The notes under the pieces: generated by a model | What the model was told of the DNA's origin: nothing | Database searches by the model: none | What the model saw: the letters and a program-made list of their open reading frames with translations, nothing else | NCBI GenBank assembly: GCA_030646955.1 | Contig: JAUSKM010000028.1 | Span: 1,065-65,064, forward strand | DNA length: 64,000 nt | DNA from: a bacterium | GTDB taxonomy: Bacteria > Patescibacteriota > Patescibacteriia > JACPHY01 | Direction: 5' to 3' | Shown here: positions 46,878-59,669 of the stretch, one piece after another | How positions within the stretch are numbered: position 1 is the first letter of the stretch | Layout: the number at the start of each line of letters is the position of its first letter | Made by a program: the position numbers and the translations under genes

Positions 46878-47405
46878 CTACGCGGCGTTGGCCGCGGTGT
46901 TGGGGGTTGCCAGGGGCGCCGCCAGCTCCAGGAGCTGCTCGATCGGGAGGTCGCGGTGCTCGTGTGCCAGCGCGAACAGCGTCACCTGATCCTGCAGCCG
47001 CAGCGCCGCGATGCTTCGGAGCGTCTCCACGTCCTCCACGCCGAGGCCGAAGAAGGCGCAGAGCATGGTGGCCTGGGCGGTGTTGCTGTGCTGGATGAGA
47101 CCCAGCACGGGGTCCTTCAGGTCGAGCATCGGCTGGCGGCGGAGCGCCAGCAGACTCACGTTGATCTCCGCGGCAACGATGCGGACGAGCGGGAGCATTG
47201 CCCACTCGGTGCCGCTGTACCACGCCTGCTCCGTCGGCAGGAAGGACTGCACGCTACCGCCCTCCTCCTCCGCCTCCTCCTTCTCCTTGCAGATCCACCC
47301 GCCGCTTGCGATGCAGGCGACGAGGGCGTCGAGCGCGGCGTGGGCCGTGGTGGTACCCATCAGCAACGCCGAGCTACCGGTGATACGCTTGACGATAGAA
47401 ATCAT
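46878..47405 (-). CDS. hypothetical protein (175 aa), family X paralogue
   Basis: AAAGGAGAG lies upstream of the ATG. Confidence 0.45.
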   Translation of the reverse strand: MISIVKRITGSSALLMGTTTAHAALDALVACIASGGWICKEKEEAEEEGGSVQSFLPTEQAWYSGTEWAMLPLVRIVAAEINVSLLALRRQPMLDLKDPVLGLIQHSNTAQATMLCAFFGLGVEDVETLRSIAALRLQDQVTLFALAHEHRDLPIEQLLELAAPLATPNTAANAA

Positions 47406-47526
47406 CAGCTCTCCTTTCCATTGGTGAAAGATCAGTCGTTTTTCTCCCACCACATGCACCGAGCGGTGCTCCGTTCATGTGGTGGGCCCCCGTGAGATGT
47501 GTGTCTTATCTCACGGGGGTTAACGG

Positions 47527-47688
47527 TCACTGGCGTGCCCGGCGGCAGTTCTCGGTGTCATCGCGGCAGATGCTGCCACCGCTGGCCAGCGCGTCGGCGA
47601 GGGCGTCGTTGAACGCCCGGCGCTGCACCGAGGCGTTGCTGCAGGCCGAGAACGCGAGAGCGAGACAGAGAAAGAGCGCGATGCGCAT
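47527..47688 (-). CDS. small secreted lipoprotein or peptide (53 aa, lipobox FSAC, 3 Cys)
   Basis: AAGGAG RBS is present. It is a paralogue of 45772..46002. Confidence 0.4.
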   Translation of the reverse strand: MRIALFLCLALAFSACSNASVQRRAFNDALADALASGGSICRDDTENCRRARQ

Positions 47689-48087
47689 TGGGATCTCCTT
47701 TTTTCGAACAGACCCCCCGATGCAGGAGCGGGAAACTCGTGCAGCGAGGGGTGTGTTCGGAACAGTGTCGTTGATGGTGATCGTTACTCGCCCCCAGCAA
47801 GGAAAACGCCGGAGAGGAGAATCATGGTGCCAAGGAGAATCATATTTTTTTTGTTTGTCATTCCGAGGTCTGCCGAGGGATCTCACACGATGCAACAACG
47901 GAGGAGCTTTTGCTCAGTGTTGAAGTGTGTGGGATTTCTCGTTGCGCTCAAATGACATGAGTATTCATGATGAAATGTTCTGTTTGTATTTTGCCTCCCA
48001 CGCGGCCCAAATTCCCGTGACAAGCGTGGATTTCAGGGCGTGTGGGAGGCCGGCGTCGGTGTTCTGACGCCGGGCTATGCCGCTCTA

Positions 48088-48225
48088 CGCGGCGTGGTGG
48101 GGGTTGGCCCGGGTGACCATCCCGCTCGCGTCTACGTGGACCACGAACGGGCGCACCCGAACCGGGAGGCGCTGCGCCGGCTTCTGGGCCGGGCGGGCGT
48201 CGTCGCGCTTCATGCGCTGCTGCAT
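48088..48225 (-). CDS. small basic peptide (46 aa; MQQRMKRDDARPAQKPAQRLPVRVRPFVVHVDASGMVTRANPHHAA)
   Basis: GAAAGGAGG RBS lies 9 nt upstream. It is under 60 aa and so absent from the ORF track. Confidence 0.35.
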
Positions 48226-48262
48226 CAATTTTCACCTCCTTTCGGTGCGGTTTGGTGTTTTG

Positions 48263-48445
48263 CTACTTCTTCTTTCCGCCGCGCACCTTGGTGCCTGTGT
48301 AGATGAACAGGCCACCAATGGCGAGGCGGGAGAGACGGAAGGCAGCGCGCGTTGCCGGGAGCTTCTTCCCGAACATGAGCGCGAAGCCGTCCGCAACGAT
48401 GAGCAGCAAGAGGATGGGCCCGATATGGGACAGCAGCCAGTCCAA
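48263..48445 (-). CDS. small membrane peptide (60 aa, probable TTG start)
   Basis: GGAAAGGAG lies upstream. The product is hydrophobic with a KK-rich C-terminus. It lies downstream of a terminator hairpin. Confidence 0.4.
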   Translation of the reverse strand: MDWLLSHIGPILLLLIVADGFALMFGKKLPATRAAFRLSRLAIGGLFIYTGTKVRGGKKK

Positions 48446-48573
48446 AGTGTCTCCTTTCCGGTGAAATGAACCCCTCGAGACACAAGTGCATGCTCGTGTG
48501 GCGAGGGGTTCAGGCGAGCGATGCTCGCCTGACTTTGAGTCGGCCCTCATGGAGGGCGAATGGGGAAGGGAAA

Positions 48574-49677
48574 CTACGTGGAGTAGACCAGGGTCGTGCG
48601 GGGCTGGTTGCTCACCGCGCGGTCCTCTCGGGCGGGGCGCTGGGGCAGGGGCGCGGGGCGGCTGTCGTGGGGGCGGGCGCCCTTGGCCTTCTGGGTCTGC
48701 ACCCAGCTGGCCCGGCGCTGCTCCGCCTCCTGCACCTCCGCGGCCGCGTTCTCGCAGTGGGAGCGGGCGATCTTCACGGCCTCCGCGAGGGAGATGCCGT
48801 TGGCCTCGGCGTAGTCGAACGTGCGCGTCTTGATGCTCGGCACGAACCCGCCGAACGCCTTGACGAGCTCGTCGAGCTCCGCGTAGGCCGCGCGGTTCAC
48901 CTTCGCCGCCGACGCCTCCTGCTCGCAGGTGGCGCGCATGCGGGCGACGGCCGCCTCCAGCTCCAGCCGCTCCTTCCGGGCCAGGTCGAACGTCCGCTTC
49001 TTGATGTCGCGGACGTCCTTCCCGTACTCGTCGACGAGCGCGTCGAGGGACGCGTGGGCCGCGAGCTGGGCCTCGACCGCGGTGAGCACCGCGAGCGAGA
49101 CGTCGGTGGGCTGGGCCTTGCGGACCCGGCGCACCACGGCGCTCCGGAACTCGCGGTCGTCGCGGCGGGCGGCCGGGATGCACTGGTTCAGCGCGTTGCG
49201 GAGCAGCGCCTCCTTCAGGGCCGCGTTGGGCGAGCAGAAGATCTGCTCCTCCGGCCGCACCTCGTGGTACGCGACCGCGCACTCGTCGCACACGTTCTGC
49301 GCGATCGAGTTTCCCGTTTTGCTGTCACGGGTGACGATGGCGTGCTCGATCCGGACCAGCGACCGCCCCTTGGGGGCACCCTGCTCGAGCCCGCAGGGCC
49401 CGCAGAGGGCGCCCGCGGCGCGCGCGTGCCACCGGTCGTGGCCGCACGCGTGGTGCTGGCGGGGGGCCGCCTTGCGGAGCGGCGTCTTCTTCGCGGGGGC
49501 GTAGGCCTTCTTCGCCGCGGGCGCCTCCGCGGACGCGGAGGGCTCCAGCGCGACCCCGGCCGGGATGGCCGGGCCGGTCGCGTCGTCGGTGTGGCGCGGG
49601 CCCATCTTGCCGACGATGGCGTCCTCGAGATTGATGGCGGGGGCGACGATGGAATCGGTCTGGGTCTGGGTCGTCAT
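48574..49677 (-). CDS. hypothetical protein (367 aa) with a Cys-cluster (CGHDRWH…CGPCG…CDEC) and an internal duplicated KxRTFDxA…A segment
   Basis: AGGAGG RBS is present. Two internal segments of about 55 aa resemble each other. Confidence 0.55.
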   Translation of the reverse strand: MTTQTQTDSIVAPAINLEDAIVGKMGPRHTDDATGPAIPAGVALEPSASAEAPAAKKAYAPAKKTPLRKAAPRQHHACGHDRWHARAAGALCGPCGLEQGAPKGRSLVRIEHAIVTRDSKTGNSIAQNVCDECAVAYHEVRPEEQIFCSPNAALKEALLRNALNQCIPAARRDDREFRSAVVRRVRKAQPTDVSLAVLTAVEAQLAAHASLDALVDEYGKDVRDIKKRTFDLARKERLELEAAVARMRATCEQEASAAKVNRAAYAELDELVKAFGGFVPSIKTRTFDYAEANGISLAEAVKIARSHCENAAAEVQEAEQRRASWVQTQKAKGARPHDSRPAPLPQRPAREDRAVSNQPRTTLVYST

Positions 49678-49859
49678 GAGAACCTCCTACCCCGGCTCTG
49701 CCGGGTATGGGTGGGGTTTTGCTCCACGCGCGTGACGTTCACGCGTCGAGCGGATCGTGGTTCATGCGTTCTCCTCCATGAAGCCCGCACGAACAGAAAC
49801 TCTGTCCGCCTCTGTTCAGACGGAACAACCGATATCTCACATGCGACGCGTTATGCGCC

Positions 49860-50280
49860 CTTCTTCCGTCATTGCGAGGTGTCCGCATCCGCCGGAGGCG
49901 GAAGTCCGCGACGTGGCAATCTCATTTGTGCAGGAGTTGCTTCCGGTGAGATTGCTTCGAGTACTCGCAATGACGGACCTTGGGGTGAGATGTCTGTTGT
50001 TCCGCCCGAATATCCCTTCCTTGTTGGAATGATCAGGGCACAACTGCCCGAGTACGGAGAGATGAAGTGGAATGGGTGCCCAACGTGGGGCTTGTAAAAT
50101 CCACCCAGCTCTCCGTGCTTGGATTGTTGTGCGGCGTGTTCGTGGCGGGGTTGGCGTTTTGTGGGGCGTGTGAGATTGCTTCGCGTACTCGCAATGACGG
50201 GCGGGGGGAGAAATGACGAGGGAAGGGGGATGGTGTGGTTTGCGTGAGATTGTTTCGTCGCGCTCGCAATGACGGGCGTG
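49860..50280. repeat. Cluster of four GTCATTGCGAG…CTCGCAATGAC hairpin repeats in a 1.5-kb non-coding region
   Basis: Copies lie at about 49869-49925, 49947-49975, 50169-50200 and 50243-50275. Confidence 0.6.
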
Positions 50281-50569
50281 GGAGCGTGCAACGGATTTGG
50301 AGGTGAGTGTTCGATGGTGATCCGGAGATCTTCTCGAACGCGGCGGATGCACTGGGGTTTGCGCAGCTTTCGCCGTGCGAACACAGATTCTCCGTCAATC
50401 TCCGCGAGGCCCGAGGGCTTTGCGGAAGGTTTCTCCTCCTCCAAGTCCGTTGCTTCGACAGGCGCCGATAAGGCCCGTCGAAGGTTGTTGGTGGGTTGGT
50501 TGGTTGCCAAGGGAACTTTCGGTTTCTCATCGTAACGATCAACTATACCATGGCCGTGTAAAGCTGTCA

Positions 50570-50720
50570 AGAGCCATTGACATTAGTGAGCTATGTTGAG
50601 CGAAAAAGTATGTATTATATGGTAAATATATTGTATATTTCTGTAAACAAAATCTGTCGTAACATATAAAATGTTGCGCGATAGTTTACACATTGAAAAC
50701 AAGGGACAAGAAACCAAGAA
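50570..50720. promoter_or_regulatory. AT-rich island (about 30% GC) in an otherwise 65% GC region, about 450 nt upstream of rpoB
   Basis: The run GCCATTGACATTAGTGAGCTATGTTGAGCGAAAAAGTATGTATTATATGG contains TTGACA…TATTAT-like hexamers. Confidence 0.35.
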
Positions 50721-50739
50721 ATAAGGGACATGGAACAAA

Positions 50740-50900
50740 TGGGGCGTCATTGCGAGACCGAGTCGGCTCTGCATCACAAATATTGTCATTTCGACCAAGC
50801 AAGTCCTCGAGCGTAGGGAGAAATCTCACACGGTTCATGGAGCGTAGTGGTTATCGTTGTTTCGTGTGAGATCTCTCGCTTCGTTCGAGATGACACGAGG
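50740..50900. repeat. Two to three further copies or variants of the hairpin repeat (GTCATTGCGAGACCGAG…; GTCATTTCGACC…GAAATCTCAC; GTGTGAGATCTCTCGCTTCGTTCGAGATGACAC)
   Basis: These flank the AT-rich island together with the 49860-50280 cluster. Confidence 0.55.
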
Positions 50901-51138
50901 AGGAGGCACAGACGGCGTGGTTGTCGTCATCTCATTTGACAGTGATTTTCCTTGGGGATACAGTAGTGAATGAATCGTTCGTGTGTGGATTTGCTTGTTT
51001 TGGTACAGGTGAGTCCTCGCTCGGGCAAGCTCTACAAAATTACGGATGGCACAAAATTTCGCTCTATTGTGCGAGCGATGTCATCCGCTTCGTCATGACG
51101 GCCGCAACCACGGTCGCCCTGTAGCAATCAAGCAAGAT

Positions 51139-51170
51139 CCTCTGTGGACAACAGAGGCGTTTTTTGTTGT
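51139..51170 (+). terminator. Terminator or attenuator-like hairpin CCTCTGT-ggaca-ACAGAGG plus CGTTTTTTGTTGT immediately upstream of rpoB
   Basis: It ends 2 nt before the proposed rpoB ATG, as a leader attenuator might. Confidence 0.4.
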
Positions 51171-51172
51171 AT

Positions 51173-54421
<3,249 letters not shown>

Positions 54422-54460
54422 TGTCCTTCGGTTCTTCTGTTCTTCAACTTTTCGTCTCGT

Positions 54461-57400
54461 ATGTACGAATCCAAGACACTCGACTTTGATGCCATCCGCT
54501 TGACGCTCGCATCGCCGGAGGCGATTCGCGGGTGGTCGCGCGGGGAAGTGACGAAGCCGGAAACCATTAACTACCGAACGCAGAAACCAGAGAAGCACGG
54601 GCTGTTCTGTGAAATGATCTTCGGGCCAACCAAGGACTGGGAGTGCTACTGCGGGAAGTACAAGAAGCTGCGCTTCAAGGGCATCGTGTGCGACAAGTGC
54701 GGCGTGGAGGTGACGCACTCGATCGTGCGGCGCGAACGCATGGGCCACATTGACCTGGCATCGCCGGTCACGCACATCTGGTTCCTCCGCTCCGTGCCGT
54801 CCAAGATTGGCCTCGTGCTGGACGTGGGCGTGCAGACCATCGAGAAGGTGGTGTACTTTGCCAACTTCATCGTGACGAACGTGGACGAGGAGCTCCGGAA
54901 GGAGACGATGGAGCAGGTGAAGCGCGAATACAAGGGGAAGGTGAAGCAGATTGATGCGGAGCACGAGCAGGCGATGCGGCGGCTCCAGGAAGGGGAGACA
55001 CCTGCCACTGCAAAGCAGCTCAAGGCGTTGGAGGAGGAGCGCGATCGCAAACGTGAGGAGTTGGACGAGGACTTCCGTATGGCGGAGGAAGAGCTGAAGG
55101 ACCTCCGACCGTTCGCCATTCTCTCCGAGCAACAGTACCAGGAGCGCTCGCTCAAGTACGGCCACATCTTCCACGCGGGTATCGGCGCGCACGCCATTCG
55201 ATCGCTCCTGGAGCGCATTGATTTGGTGAAGACCATGGAGGAGCTGGCGACAGAGCTGCTGGACGCGCAGGGGCAGAAGCGTGACCGTATCATCCGCCGT
55301 CTACGTTTGCTCCGCGCGCTTCACCTCAACCACATCAAGCCCGAGTGGATGGTGCTGACGGCCGTGCCGGTGATCCCGCCAGACCTGCGCCCGATGGTGG
55401 CGTTGGATGGTGGGCGGTTTGCAACGTCCGACCTCAACGACCTCTACCGCCGCGTGATCAACCGAAACAACCGCTTGAAGCGCCTCATCGAACTCAACGC
55501 GCCGGAAGTCATCGCGCGTAACGAGCGACGTATGCTCCAGGAGGCCGTGGACGCGCTTATTGATAACTCCGCGCGTGCGTCCAAGACCGTCATGGCTGCC
55601 ACGGGGCAGAAGCGGCAGCTCAAGTCCCTCGCGGACACGCTGAAGGGAAAGCAGGGACGGTTCCGTCAGAACCTCTTGGGCAAGCGCATCGACTACTCTG
55701 GCCGATCGGTCATCGTGGTGGGACCCAGCCTCGCGTTGGGCGAGTGCGGCATCCCGAAGCGTATGGCGTTGGAGCTCTTCAAGCCGTTCGTCATCGCCAA
55801 GCTTATCGATCGCGGCCTGGCGCACAACATTCGCGGCGCAAACCGCGTCATCGAGTCCGACCGCGCGGAGGTGTGGGACATCCTGGAAGAGATTACGAAG
55901 GACAGCCACGTGCTCCTCAACCGCGCGCCGACGCTCCACCGATTGGGCATCCAGGCGTTCCGGCCCAAGCTCATCGAGGGCAAGGCCATCCAGATTCATC
56001 CATTGGTGTGTACCGCGTACAACGCGGACTTTGATGGTGACCAGATGGCGGTGCACGTGCCGATCACGCGTGAGGCGCGTGCGGAGGCGGCAACGCGCAT
56101 GCTCGCATCGAACAACCTCCTGAAGCCGGCAACGGGCGCGCCGATCGTGACGCCGCGCATGGACATGGCGTGGGGGTGTTACCTCCTTACGATCGCGGAC
56201 GGACGAGCCGAGGACGCGCCGTGGCGGTACTTCGCAAGCCCCGCAGACGCGAAGCTTGCGGAGGCGAGCGGTGCCATTGGGCTACGCGAGTTGATGAAGG
56301 TGCGCTTCCCCGTGAACGATGTGCGCTGGGCGCCTGCGGGGTTCATCGAGACCACGGTAGGCCGGCTCCTCTTCCACGAGGTGCTCCCTGCTGGCACGAT
56401 CTTCCGCAATGCGCCGGTATCCAGCACGACGCTGGGCGACGTGGTGCGCGAGTGTCTCCACCAGTTTGGACGCGAGGCAACGGCAAAGCTCGTGGATGAT
56501 ATCAAACAGCTTGGGTTCCGCTATGCGCAGTACTTTGCGCACTCGTGGGCCATTGCGGACCTTCCGACGCTTCCGAACAAGCACGTGATCCTGGATGGGT
56601 CCCAGCGGCTGGTGGATGAAATCGAAGAACAATACGAAGAGGGCTTGCTGACCGATGACGAGCGTCACGCGCAGGTCATTCAGGTGTGGACGGATGCGAA
56701 GGAGCAGATCGTGCGCCACAGCAAAGAGGTGCTGGATCCGCTGGGTACCGTGGCTACCATGATTGAGTCCGGCGCGCGCGGCAACTGGACGCAGCTCACG
56801 CAGATGGTGGGTATGAAGGGGCTGGTGACCAACCCGGCCGGTGAAATTATCGAGCTGCCGGTGAAGGGAAGCTTCAAGGATGGATTGGATGTCATCGAGT
56901 ATTTTATCTCGACGCACGGTGCCCGGAAGGGGTTGACGGACACCGCGCTCAAGACCGCAAACGCCGGATACCTCACGCGTCGTCTTGTGGACGTTGCGCA
57001 GGACGTGGTGGTGCAGACCGAGGACTGCGGCGATACGAATGGATGGGTGGTCAGTCGTGTGGCATCGGATGAGATGGGTGTCTCGCTCCCGAAGCGCATC
57101 GCCGGTCGCGTCACGTTGGACGATATCACCGTTGGAGGCAACGTGATCGTGCGTGCGGGCGAGTACGTGTTACCGGAGCACGTGGAAGTGATCGAGCAGG
57201 AGACGCCGGAATGTATCCGTGTGCGCTCGGTCATCTCCTGCCGCATGCGTCGCGGGCTCTGCCAGGCGTGCTACGGGTGGGACCTTGCGTACAATCAGCC
57301 CGTGGAGATTGGCACTGCGGTGGGCATCATTGCCGCGCAGTCCATCGGCGAGCCGGGCACGCAGCTCACCATGCGGACGTTCCACACCGGTGGCGTAGCC

Positions 57401-58426
57401 GCGGCGGCGGACATCACGCAGGGTCTCCCGCGCGTGGAAGAGCTTTTCGAGGCGCGCGCGCCGAAGCGCAAGGCGTTCATTACGCCGGAGGATGGGACGG
57501 TGCGCATCGAAGCACGCGAGAAGGTCATTGAGGACGCGACAGGCAAGGAGATCCTCAAGGGACAGAAGGGACAGAAGATTGTTTCCATCACCTACGAAGG
57601 GTACGACGAGCAGGAGTTCATGCTCATGCGCGGCGGCGAGAAGACCACGCTCACAGCCCGCGTTGCGGACGGCGAGCGCGTGGTCGCGGGGCAGGTGCTG
57701 GCGAAGTACCGCACGGACGAGGTGACCGCGCCTGCGGACGGCATCGTGGTGGTGCGCGAGGACCGCGTGATCTTCAAGCGGCCAATGGAGAAGGTGGCTG
57801 AGGTGGTCATCCCACCGGGATTCGTGCTCAAGGTGCGCGATGCAGATCGCGTGACGCGCGGCCAGCAGCTCACGGACGGCGCAGTGGACCCGCACGAGCT
57901 CTACGAGGTGGGCGGCAAGGAGGCCGTGGCGCGTTACATCCTGAAGGAGGTGCAGTCCATCTACACGTCGCAGGGCCAGAAGCTGAACGACAAGCACGTG
58001 GAATGCATCGTGCGCCAGCTCTTCAGCCGTGTGTCCATCCATGACTCCGGCGAGACAGCGCTGCTCCCGGGCGAGATCGTAGAGCGTGCGGAGTTTGAGG
58101 AGGCCAACGAGGCCGCCAAGAAGGACAGCAGGCAGCTTGCGACCGGCGAGAATCTCTTCCTGGGCATCTCGCGCGTCTCGCTCTCCACGCGATCATTCCT
58201 CTCGTCCGCATCCTTCCAGGAGACCGCCAAGGTGCTCATCAATGCCGCGGTCACGGGTAAGGTGGACCGGCTGGACGGTCTCAAGGAGAACGTCATCATC
58301 GGCCGCCTCATCCCCGCAGGTACCGGGTTCCGCCCGTACATGCAAGCCGCGGAGGACGTGGCGTACGATGTCGTCCCCGTGGGTGAGCTTGCCAAGCCGG
58401 ATGCGGAGGGGCCGCGCAAGTGGTAG
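54461..58426 (+). CDS. rpoC: DNA-directed RNA polymerase subunit beta'
   Basis: The product has the zinc-binding [20 protein letters not shown], the NADFDGD catalytic motif and a trigger loop. It is 1321 aa. Confidence 0.95.
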   Translation: MYESKTLDFDAIRLTLASPEAIRGWSRGEVTKPETINYRTQKPEKHGLFCEMIFGPTKDWECYCGKYKKLRFKGIVCDKCGVEVTHSIVRRERMGHIDLASPVTHIWFLRSVPSKIGLVLDVGVQTIEKVVYFANFIVTNVDEELRKETMEQVKREYKGKVKQIDAEHEQAMRRLQEGETPATAKQLKALEEERDRKREELDEDFRMAEEELKDLRPFAILSEQQYQERSLKYGHIFHAGIGAHAIRSLLERIDLVKTMEELATELLDAQGQKRDRIIRRLRLLRALHLNHIKPEWMVLTAVPVIPPDLRPMVALDGGRFATSDLNDLYRRVINRNNRLKRLIELNAPEVIARNERRMLQEAVDALIDNSARASKTVMAATGQKRQLKSLADTLKGKQGRFRQNLLGKRIDYSGRSVIVVGPSLALGECGIPKRMALELFKPFVIAKLIDRGLAHNIRGANRVIESDRAEVWDILEEITKDSHVLLNRAPTLHRLGIQAFRPKLIEGKAIQIHPLVCTAYNADFDGDQMAVHVPITREARAEAATRMLASNNLLKPATGAPIVTPRMDMAWGCYLLTIADGRAEDAPWRYFASPADAKLAEASGAIGLRELMKVRFPVNDVRWAPAGFIETTVGRLLFHEVLPAGTIFRNAPVSSTTLGDVVRECLHQFGREATAKLVDDIKQLGFRYAQYFAHSWAIADLPTLPNKHVILDGSQRLVDEIEEQYEEGLLTDDERHAQVIQVWTDAKEQIVRHSKEVLDPLGTVATMIESGARGNWTQLTQMVGMKGLVTNPAGEIIELPVKGSFKDGLDVIEYFISTHGARKGLTDTALKTANAGYLTRRLVDVAQDVVVQTEDCGDTNGWVVSRVASDEMGVSLPKRIAGRVTLDDITVGGNVIVRAGEYVLPEHVEVIEQETPECIRVRSVISCRMRRGLCQACYGWDLAYNQPVEIGTAVGIIAAQSIGEPGTQLTMRTFHTGGVAAAADITQGLPRVEELFEARAPKRKAFITPEDGTVRIEAREKVIEDATGKEILKGQKGQKIVSITYEGYDEQEFMLMRGGEKTTLTARVADGERVVAGQVLAKYRTDEVTAPADGIVVVREDRVIFKRPMEKVAEVVIPPGFVLKVRDADRVTRGQQLTDGAVDPHELYEVGGKEAVARYILKEVQSIYTSQGQKLNDKHVECIVRQLFSRVSIHDSGETALLPGEIVERAEFEEANEAAKKDSRQLATGENLFLGISRVSLSTRSFLSSASFQETAKVLINAAVTGKVDRLDGLKENVIIGRLIPAGTGFRPYMQAAEDVAYDVVPVGELAKPDAEGPRKW

Positions 58427-58463
58427 GGGCCCACGGATGGCGCACGGATTGCACGGATAGAAA

Positions 58464-58516
58464 ATCACACCACCCAGACACATGTCTGGGTGGTGTGATG
58501 TTGTATGAATTTCTCC
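58464..58516 (+). terminator. rpoC intrinsic terminator ATCACACCACCCAGACA-catg-TCTGGGTGGTGTGAT plus T-rich tail
   Basis: The stem is 15 bp and lies 38 nt after the rpoC stop. Confidence 0.6.
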
Positions 58517-58639
58517 CCATCTTACAGGGGGGTGGCGTGTATTTCTAGTCCCTCCACTCCCGCCGGGAGGGGAGGTTAGGAGGGGTGGGCGGTGCGCGAG
58601 CGGGTATCTCTATGCCAAAAGCTTCTCCATCAACCCCCC

Positions 58640-58690
58640 TCTAGTAGGAAGGGAAAAAAAGAAAGAAGAACACCGCGCCCGGTAAGGGGC
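58640..58690 (-). terminator. Intrinsic terminator for minus-strand gene 58709..59152
   Basis: CACCGCGCCCC-ttacc-GGGCGCGGTG on the minus strand is followed by TTCTTCTTTCTTTTTTTCC. Confidence 0.6.
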
Positions 58691-58708
58691 GCGGTGCGTG
58701 TTGTCGTG

Positions 58709-59152
58709 CTATGCGCTTCCGCCGGAGTCCAGCGGTCGTCGCGGTAGGATTCTGAGGTGGCAGCGGAAGGACGAGCAGGCAACGAATGTTTCCCGATCCG
58801 GCATGGAGCACATGAGATCCCATTCGTCGTTGTCGCCGACCCAGTGTCCGGGGGCTGCGAGTAGCGCATCGATGCGCCGCTCGTTGATCATTGGCGTGCT
58901 GATGAACAGCTGCATGTCCTCCGATGTCACCGTAAAACCCGTGATGGTGCCACCGATGGACACCAAGGTGAACGCCTGCTGCTCGCTCGGGCGATACTTG
59001 ACGGTTAGACGGAACTCTCGACCAACCAGGTCGTCCGGCAGACGGAGGTCTGTGAAGACCGTTTTGACGCGTTGTTCGCTCCGTTGCACAAGTGCCAGCG
59101 GCTTCAGGTCGCCAACCGGCATGACGAGAGCCGGATCATTGTCTTCCTCCAT
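58709..59152 (-). CDS. hypothetical protein (147 aa)
   Basis: AGGAGG RBS lies 3 nt before the ATG. Confidence 0.45.
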   Translation of the reverse strand: MEEDNDPALVMPVGDLKPLALVQRSEQRVKTVFTDLRLPDDLVGREFRLTVKYRPSEQQAFTLVSIGGTITGFTVTSEDMQLFISTPMINERRIDALLAAPGHWVGDNDEWDLMCSMPDRETFVACSSFRCHLRILPRRPLDSGGSA

Positions 59153-59160
59153 GGCTCCTC

Positions 59161-59526
59161 CTACCGTTCGACATCCGCGCCGCAGTGGACGCCGGGGTTG
59201 GCGGGGGAGGCATCGTAGCCGGAGACCGTGAGCCGGTACGCGCCGGTGCGGCGACGGTCTGCGCCCATCGCCTGCCATGCGCCGTCGCGTCCGCCGCGCA
59301 GCTCGGTGATGGGCTCGCCGTCGATGGTGCCCATCACCTGGAGCGTGAGCGTACCGTCCTCCTCCAACGCGACGCCGGTGACGTTGACGCTGAGCGGCGC
59401 GGCCACGTTGTCCGCCGGTGTGATCTCCACCGTGGCGCCCGAGAGCGCCGCCGGTTCCACGCTGGCAAGGCCAGCGAGCGCCAGCGCCGTCCGCAGCGCC
59501 TGCGTATCATCATGCTTCTGGGTCAT
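59161..59526 (-). CDS. hypothetical secreted protein (121 aa, signal peptide)
   Basis: AAAGGAGG RBS is present. The signal peptide ends in an Ala-rich h-region LALAGLASV. Confidence 0.5.
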   Translation of the reverse strand: MTQKHDDTQALRTALALAGLASVEPAALSGATVEITPADNVAAPLSVNVTGVALEEDGTLTLQVMGTIDGEPITELRGGRDGAWQAMGADRRRTGAYRLTVSGYDASPANPGVHCGADVER

Positions 59527-59669
59527 CGATCCTCCTTTTCTTTCTTGATTGTTCAAAGGACGTTGTTACAATCCTGGCACAATGTTGCGTAATTGTCAAG
59601 CGCCAGGAAGGTGGGTACGGTAGGGGCGTGGATTCGTTTGGTCTCATGGGGTAGCTTGCGGCTTTTTTC

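Noticed and set aside
47730-47870. 43-aa plus-strand ORF (MVPRRIIFFLFVIPRSAEGSHTMQQRRSFCSVLKCVGFLVALK) with an AGGAGA motif
   Set aside because: SD-to-ATG spacing is only 3 nt. It lies in the 5' region of minus-strand genes. The poly-T run is more likely a structural or terminator feature.
43815-50900. CRISPR array interpretation of the clustered GTCATTGCGAG…CTCGCAATGAC repeats
   Set aside because: Spacing between copies is irregular (10-180 nt). Copies occur in both orientations and are individually palindromic. The interleaved sequences are not unique spacer-sized units. No cas genes are present in the window.
50921-51124. 67-aa TTG-start ORF, and an alternative 43-aa ATG ORF, in the lower-GC stretch just upstream of rpoB
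   Set aside because: It has no convincing RBS. Its composition is unlike neighbouring genes. The stretch is better explained as rpoB leader or sRNA ending at the 51139-51170 hairpin. It is kept only as a possibility.
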